In this document: piece after piece, positions 59,288 to 64,000 of the stretch
How positions within the stretch are numbered: position 1 is the stretch's first letter
How the letters are laid out: every line of letters begins with the position of its first letter
Assembly: GCA_965219955.1 (NCBI GenBank)
Contig: OZ244799.1
Coordinates: 3,072,001 to 3,136,000, forward strand
DNA length: 64,000 nt
Direction of reading: 5' to 3'
Origin: a bacterium
Lineage (GTDB): Bacteria > UBA8248
Program-made: the position numbers and the translations under genes
The notes under the pieces: model-generated
The model's database searches: none
Seen by the model: the letters and a program-made list of their open reading frames with translations, nothing else
What the model was told of the DNA's origin: nothing

Positions 59288-60610
59288 TCAGCGCACGATT
59301 GTCCCGGCGACGTCCGGCTTTCGTATCTCGAGGCGATCCTTCATGCAGATGTCATGGGCGGCGTTGACGAACACGTGGGTGCCCTTGGTGAGATCGTGCA
59401 CCGATGCGTGCTCTCCCTCCTTCGGGTAGTAGCCCGTGCCGCCGCCGCTGGCGCGTCCCTGGGGGCCGTAGCAGATCGCCGGAATTCCGGCGCGGGTCAG
59501 CGGTGCGGTGTCGGCGTACCAGCCGTCCCAGGTGATCTCGGGGCGCTCGCCCCAGACGAGGTCGTGCGAGGCGGAGATACTGCGCACGACGTATTCCTCG
59601 GGCGATATTTCGGCCGCGTACGCCGTCTGGATGACCTGCAGTTCGACCTCGATGGCGGGTTCCCGCTCCCGCAGCTTGCGGATCACCTGATCCACTTCGG
59701 CGATGATGTCGCCGTGCAGCTGGCCCGGCATGATCCCGACTTCCAGATAGAGCCGGCAGAAGCACGGCAGCTTGCTGGCCCGGAACGGATGCCCCCCTTC
59801 GATGGCGATGATGTTGACGTTTCCGGCCTGCTCCCCCTTGTAGCGGGTCCTGCTCAGGTAGTCCTCGCCCCAGCTCTTGAGGGCGGGTATGGCGTTCAGC
59901 ATCTTCTCGATGGCGTCTTCGCCGGGCTTGATCTTGACCGTGGAGCCGCCGCGGCTGTAGGTGGCGGCCGGGTTGCCACGGGTCATGAGCTCCATGAACA
60001 CGTATCCGCCCGTGGCCACCGAAATCCGGTTGGACGTCGGCTCGGGTATGACCACCATGTCGGCGGTGATGCCGTTGTTGACCATGAAGCGGGCGCCGAT
60101 CCCGCAACCCCGGTAGCGGGCGCCCTGGTAGCGCCCCACCGGCGTGTGGCAGGTCTCGCCGACGACGCCGGCGATCATCAGGTTACCGCGCAGCTTCGCC
60201 TTCGAGCGGGCCATCGCCTCCACGGCGAGGATGGCCGACGCGTGGCCGCTCTTCATGTTGTAGGTGCCCATGCCGTAGATCCACTCGCCCTCGCGCCAGG
60301 ATTTCGGCTGGTACCCCGGTCCGAGATCGCGGATGCCCTCCTCGTCGCCGCCGTAGGTCGTGTCCAGGTGGCCGCAGTACATCAGGGTAGGGCCGTCGCC
60401 CGTGCCCTCGAGCTGGCCGTAGACGTTGTACCGATCCGGCTCGACCTCCTGCATCCAGGTCTGCAGGCCCGCCGCCCGGAAGCGGTCGGCGAGATATTCG
60501 GCGAGCGCCTTCTCGCCGCCCTGGGGGCTCGGGATGTCGACCATCTCCATGGTCAACCCTGCGATAGCTTCCTCGTCGACGTATGCCAGTGCGTCTTCGA
60601 CCATGCTCAT
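59288..60610 (-). CDS. M20/ArgE-DapE family metallo-hydrolase
   Basis: IPSPQGGE, CGHLDT, IYGMGTYNMKSG, VVGE, PEPT, YGP. Confidence 0.88.
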   Translation of the reverse strand: MSMVEDALAYVDEEAIAGLTMEMVDIPSPQGGEKALAEYLADRFRAAGLQTWMQEVEPDRYNVYGQLEGTGDGPTLMYCGHLDTTYGGDEEGIRDLGPGYQPKSWREGEWIYGMGTYNMKSGHASAILAVEAMARSKAKLRGNLMIAGVVGETCHTPVGRYQGARYRGCGIGARFMVNNGITADMVVIPEPTSNRISVATGGYVFMELMTRGNPAATYSRGGSTVKIKPGEDAIEKMLNAIPALKSWGEDYLSRTRYKGEQAGNVNIIAIEGGHPFRASKLPCFCRLYLEVGIMPGQLHGDIIAEVDQVIRKLREREPAIEVELQVIQTAYAAEISPEEYVVRSISASHDLVWGERPEITWDGWYADTAPLTRAGIPAICYGPQGRASGGGTGYYPKEGEHASVHDLTKGTHVFVNAAHDICMKDRLEIRKPDVAGTIVR

Positions 60611-60711
60611 CGTTCGTCCCTCCTCGGTTCGCGCGATCCATGGCTCCATGGACGCCCCGGCCTCTCGTGGCGGGCGCCCCGGTGGCTATATGCCAGAAAA
60701 CAATAGTCAGA

Positions 60712-61431
60712 TTACATGCCAAGGTACATCTGGCGAATGTTCGGGTCAAGCAAAAGCTCCGCCGAGTCTCCCTCGCGGCGGTTCCGCCCCATGTCCAGCA
60801 CGTATCCCCGGTCGGAATTCTCCAGGGCCTTGGCCGAGTTCTGCTCCACGACCAGGATGGATACGCCGTCGCGGTGAATCCGCTCGATGCTCTCGAAGAT
60901 GGTTTCCATCACCGTGGGCGCAAGCCCGATCGTCGGCTCATCCAGCAGGATGAGGGTCGGCCTGGTGACCATGGCCATCCCGAAGCTGAGCATCTGCCGC
61001 TGACCGCCGCTGAGGGTGCGGGCCTTGCTGCGCTCCTTCTCCTTCAGGATGGGGAACAGGCCGAATACCCCTTCGCGAGAGCGGCGCCGTTCCCCGGCGT
61101 CGGTCACCGTCCAGGCGCCGAGGTTGAGATGCTCGCTCACCGTCATCTGGGGGAAGATGTTGCGCCCCTGGGGGCAATACGCGACCCCGTGCTGGATGAT
61201 CAGGTGCGGCTCGATCCCGGTGATGTCCTCTCCCTCGAGGACGACCGTTCCCCCCGTCGGCTTCAGGTACCCCAGGATGGTCAGCAGCACGGTCGACTTG
61301 CCGGCGCCGTTCGGCCCGATGAGGGCGATCGTCTCGCCGCGGCCGACCTCGAGCGAGACGCCGTGCAGGATTTGCTTCTTGCCGTAGCCGGAGACGATCC
61401 CCTCGACCTTCAGCAGCGTATCCCCGGCCAT
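60712..61431 (-). CDS. ABC ATPase (LivF-like)
   Basis: GPNGAGKST, LSGGQRQ, LDEP, VEQN. Confidence 0.92.
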   Translation of the reverse strand: MAGDTLLKVEGIVSGYGKKQILHGVSLEVGRGETIALIGPNGAGKSTVLLTILGYLKPTGGTVVLEGEDITGIEPHLIIQHGVAYCPQGRNIFPQMTVSEHLNLGAWTVTDAGERRRSREGVFGLFPILKEKERSKARTLSGGQRQMLSFGMAMVTRPTLILLDEPTIGLAPTVMETIFESIERIHRDGVSILVVEQNSAKALENSDRGYVLDMGRNRREGDSAELLLDPNIRQMYLGM

Positions 61432-61434
61432 GAC

Positions 61435-62142
61435 TCAAGCCCCGAAATAAGCGGTGAGGACCGCCTCGTTCCGCCGGACTTCGTCCGGCGAGCCTTCGGC
61501 GATCTTCTCACCCATGCTCAGTACGACGACGCGTTCGCAGTTGTTCATGATCACGTCCATGTTGTGTTCGATGATCAGAAAGGTCCTGCCTTCCTCATTC
61601 AGATGATGGATCAGCTCCAGCAATTTCTTCTGCATCATGGGACTGACGCCGGCGGCCGGCTCGTCGAGCAGGATCAGCCCCGGATCGAGCATCAGGACCT
61701 GGATGATGGAGAGGAGGCGTTGCTGGCCGAAGGAGAGGTCGCTCGCGTATTCGTCCCGCAGGTCGGCCAGGCCGACGAACTCGAGAAGTTCATGGGCCCT
61801 GTCGCTCGCGATGGTGTTTCGCGTCGGCAGGGTGGCGTTCTCCAGCAGGGTCATCTTGGGGAAGATGCGCGTCACCTGAAAGGTGCGGCCGATGCCCTTC
61901 CGGGCGATCTGGTAGGGCGGCAGACCCGTCACGTCCTCTCCGCGATAGAGAATGCGCCCGCCGTCCAGCGGCAGATACCCCACGATGGTATTGAACAGGG
62001 TCGTCTTGCCGGAGCCGTTGGGGCCGATCAGGCCGACGATCTCGCCCTCTCCGACGAAAAAGCCGCACCCGGCGAGCGCGTGGACGCCACCGAAGCTTTT
62101 CCGGACGTCGTGGATCTCGAGGATCGGACTATCGGCGGTCAT
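61435..62142 (-). CDS. ABC ATPase (LivG-like)
   Basis: GPNGSGKTT, LSFGQQR, LDEPAAG, IEHN. Confidence 0.92.
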   Translation of the reverse strand: MTADSPILEIHDVRKSFGGVHALAGCGFFVGEGEIVGLIGPNGSGKTTLFNTIVGYLPLDGGRILYRGEDVTGLPPYQIARKGIGRTFQVTRIFPKMTLLENATLPTRNTIASDRAHELLEFVGLADLRDEYASDLSFGQQRLLSIIQVLMLDPGLILLDEPAAGVSPMMQKKLLELIHHLNEEGRTFLIIEHNMDVIMNNCERVVVLSMGEKIAEGSPDEVRRNEAVLTAYFGA

Positions 62143-62202
62143 GCTCTTCCCCCGGTAGAATCGAGCGGTGTCGCGTGGTGCTGCGGGTTATCGCCTCCAT
62201 CG

Positions 62203-63150
62203 TCAGATCCACCTCGTTTTCGGCAGGATACCCACCTCCTTGAGGCGGACCAGGATGCCGTCGGGCATCCAGATGACCAGGCAGACCATAACGAGACCGA
62301 AGATGGTGATGTTGGCCTGGCCGAAATGCAGCCAGACGTAGTCGCTGATGAGCTGGAGCGTGAAGGCGCCGATCACCGCGCCGAGGACGGTTCCCAGCCC
62401 GCCGAACATGGCCATCACGATGGACAGCATGGTGTACTTGATGTCGAAAGCCGCGAACGGTTCGATGTAGTGCAGAAAGGTGGCATGAATGCCGCCCGCC
62501 GTGCCGGCGAAGAAAGCGCTGCCGACGAACACGCTGACCTTCACGGCGGTGGTATTGACCGCGAGACCGCTCGCCGCTGCCTCGTCTTCGCGAACGGCGA
62601 TCAGCGACAGGCCGAAGTGCGAACGGGCGAAGAACATGGTCGCCAGCACGATGCAGACCGTGAGCGCGAAGATGGCGTAGTACTTCTGGTTCAGGTTTCC
62701 CGCGAGGACGGGCATGCCGGCGCCGCCGCGCGTAAACGGCGTCAGGTACTTGGTGGATATAAGTACCCGGGCTCCCTCGGCCAGCGCCAGCATTGAGATC
62801 GCGAAATAGGCCCCGCGGATGCGCAGCAGCGGATAACCTATCACCGCCGCGACGAGGGCGGAGACGAGCCCGCCCGTCAGGTAGCCCGGGATCAGTCCCA
62901 TCTTGAAGTCGACGAAGCCGATGACCGAGGCGTACATGCCGAGTCCGACGAACAGGACGAAGCCGAAATTGATGTAGCCGGAAAAGCCGGAGAAGAAGTT
63001 CCAGGCACCGGCGAGGCAGGTGTAGTAGAGGATCAGGAACAGCAGGGAGACCGCCGCCGGACTCAAGAAGAGCGGCGCAGTAGCCGCGAGGACCGCGTAG
63101 GCTGTCAGGCCCACGGCGCCGACGATGGGAATCGCGCGTCTCCAGGTCAT
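62203..63150 (-). CDS. Liv-type ABC permease (LivM-like)
   Basis: WNFFSGFSGYINFG, LRIRGAYFAI, AVREDE, FGGLGT. Confidence 0.9.
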   Translation of the reverse strand: MTWRRAIPIVGAVGLTAYAVLAATAPLFLSPAAVSLLFLILYYTCLAGAWNFFSGFSGYINFGFVLFVGLGMYASVIGFVDFKMGLIPGYLTGGLVSALVAAVIGYPLLRIRGAYFAISMLALAEGARVLISTKYLTPFTRGGAGMPVLAGNLNQKYYAIFALTVCIVLATMFFARSHFGLSLIAVREDEAAASGLAVNTTAVKVSVFVGSAFFAGTAGGIHATFLHYIEPFAAFDIKYTMLSIVMAMFGGLGTVLGAVIGAFTLQLISDYVWLHFGQANITIFGLVMVCLVIWMPDGILVRLKEVGILPKTRWI

Positions 63151-63157
63151 GGCCGGA

Positions 63158-64000
63158 TCAATCCTCCACCCCGTAGCCGAGCAACCCTCGCCGCCGGATG
63201 GCCAGAATCAGCACGATGATCAGGTAAGGCAGCACCTGCGCCATGCGCGTCGTCAGGAAATAGGTGCCGACGCTCTCGACGATGCCGAAGATGTAGGCCC
63301 CCAGAAACGCGCCGGGCAGACTCCCGAGGCCGCCGATGACGACGATGGCGAAGGCCTTGGCAACGTAGATCAACCCCATTTGCGGATAAATCGTCCACAC
63401 CATCGCCACCATGGTCCCGCAGGCGCCCGCGAGCGCGATACCGAGGCTGAAGGTCACCGTCATGACCTGCTTGACGTTGATGCCGCAGGCTTGCGCCAGA
63501 CTCCGGTTCTGCGCGGTGGCGCGTATGGCCTCGCCGTATGCCGTGAACCGCAGGAGGGCGAAGAAAGCGGCGAGCAGGAGCAGCGCCAGCACGAAGGCGA
63601 CGAGATAGATCTTGCTGGTGGTGAGGAATCCGATCGTGACCGGCTCGCCCAGATAGTCGACCGAGCGAAAGGTCGGCGTGAAGACCACCTCCGCCGTGTT
63701 CCACAGGATCATGGAGATCCCGAAGGTCAGCATCATCGGCGGCATCAGCCCGCGGACGGCGACGACGTTGATCAGGAAATGCCCCAGCCCGAAGCCGATG
63801 GCGAAGAGCACCGCTATGGTGAGGGGCAGCGCCAGCAGCGGATTCATGCCGAGGAAAGCCCAGGCGCCGAAGGTGGTGAAGGCGCCGAGCATCACAAACT
63901 CGCCGTGGGCCGCGTTGACGACCCCGCAGACGCCGAAGATCAGGCTCAGACCGATGGCCACCAGTGCGTACATCGTCCCCAGGATGATCCCGAACGCGAT
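63158..64000 (-). CDS. Liv-type ABC permease (LivH-like), 5' end outside the window
   Basis: YALVAIGLSLIFGV..NAAHG, IIGGLGS; the frame is open to the window edge. Confidence 0.88.
   Translation of the reverse strand: MAFGIILGTMYALVAIGLSLIFGVCGVVNAAHGEFVMLGAFTTFGAWAFLGMNPLLALPLTIAVLFAIGFGLGHFLINVVAVRGLMPPMMLTFGISMILWNTAEVVFTPTFRSVDYLGEPVTIGFLTTSKIYLVAFVLALLLLAAFFALLRFTAYGEAIRATAQNRSLAQACGINVKQVMTVTFSLGIALAGACGTMVAMVWTIYPQMGLIYVAKAFAIVVIGGLGSLPGAFLGAYIFGIVESVGTYFLTTRMAQVLPYLIIVLILAIRRRGLLGYGVED

Overview
GC-rich bacterial chromosomal window with no phage, CRISPR or rRNA. Left to right: (1) a partner-switching signalling module: STAS anti-anti-sigma facing a translationally coupled operon REC / REC-PP2C / RsbW / periplasmic binding protein / TorS-like histidine kinase; (2) a DUF3105 protein and a nested REP cluster; (3) an NCS2 (UraA/XanQ-like) permease fused to a degenerate RsbW-like domain; (4) a two-gene RiPP locus: NHLP precursor with a Trp-containing 18-aa core plus a putative ABBA-type prenyltransferase; (5) an intact IS1182 with TIRs and a 4-bp target duplication, a HelD-like helicase with nuclease-like insert and Zn ribbons, and higBA; (6) about 25 kb of catabolic genes with a Liv-type ABC transporter; (7) duplicated MMPL transporters around an MpaB/DUF2236 oxygenase plus an FAD oxidoreductase; (8) an orphan molybdopterin hydroxylase subunit, TauE, a DinB-like gene, an OsmC-like gene with an in-frame UGA and SECIS-like hairpin (probable selenoprotein), tRNA-Phe, HypE-like and HAD genes, an M20 hydrolase and a second Liv ABC system cut by the window edge. 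The best candidates for undescribed biology are the NCS2-pseudo-RsbW fusion beside the partner-switching operon, the NHLP/prenyltransferase RiPP, the Sec-OsmC and a dispersed non-coding element present three times. All assignments come from motif recognition by eye; no database searches were run.
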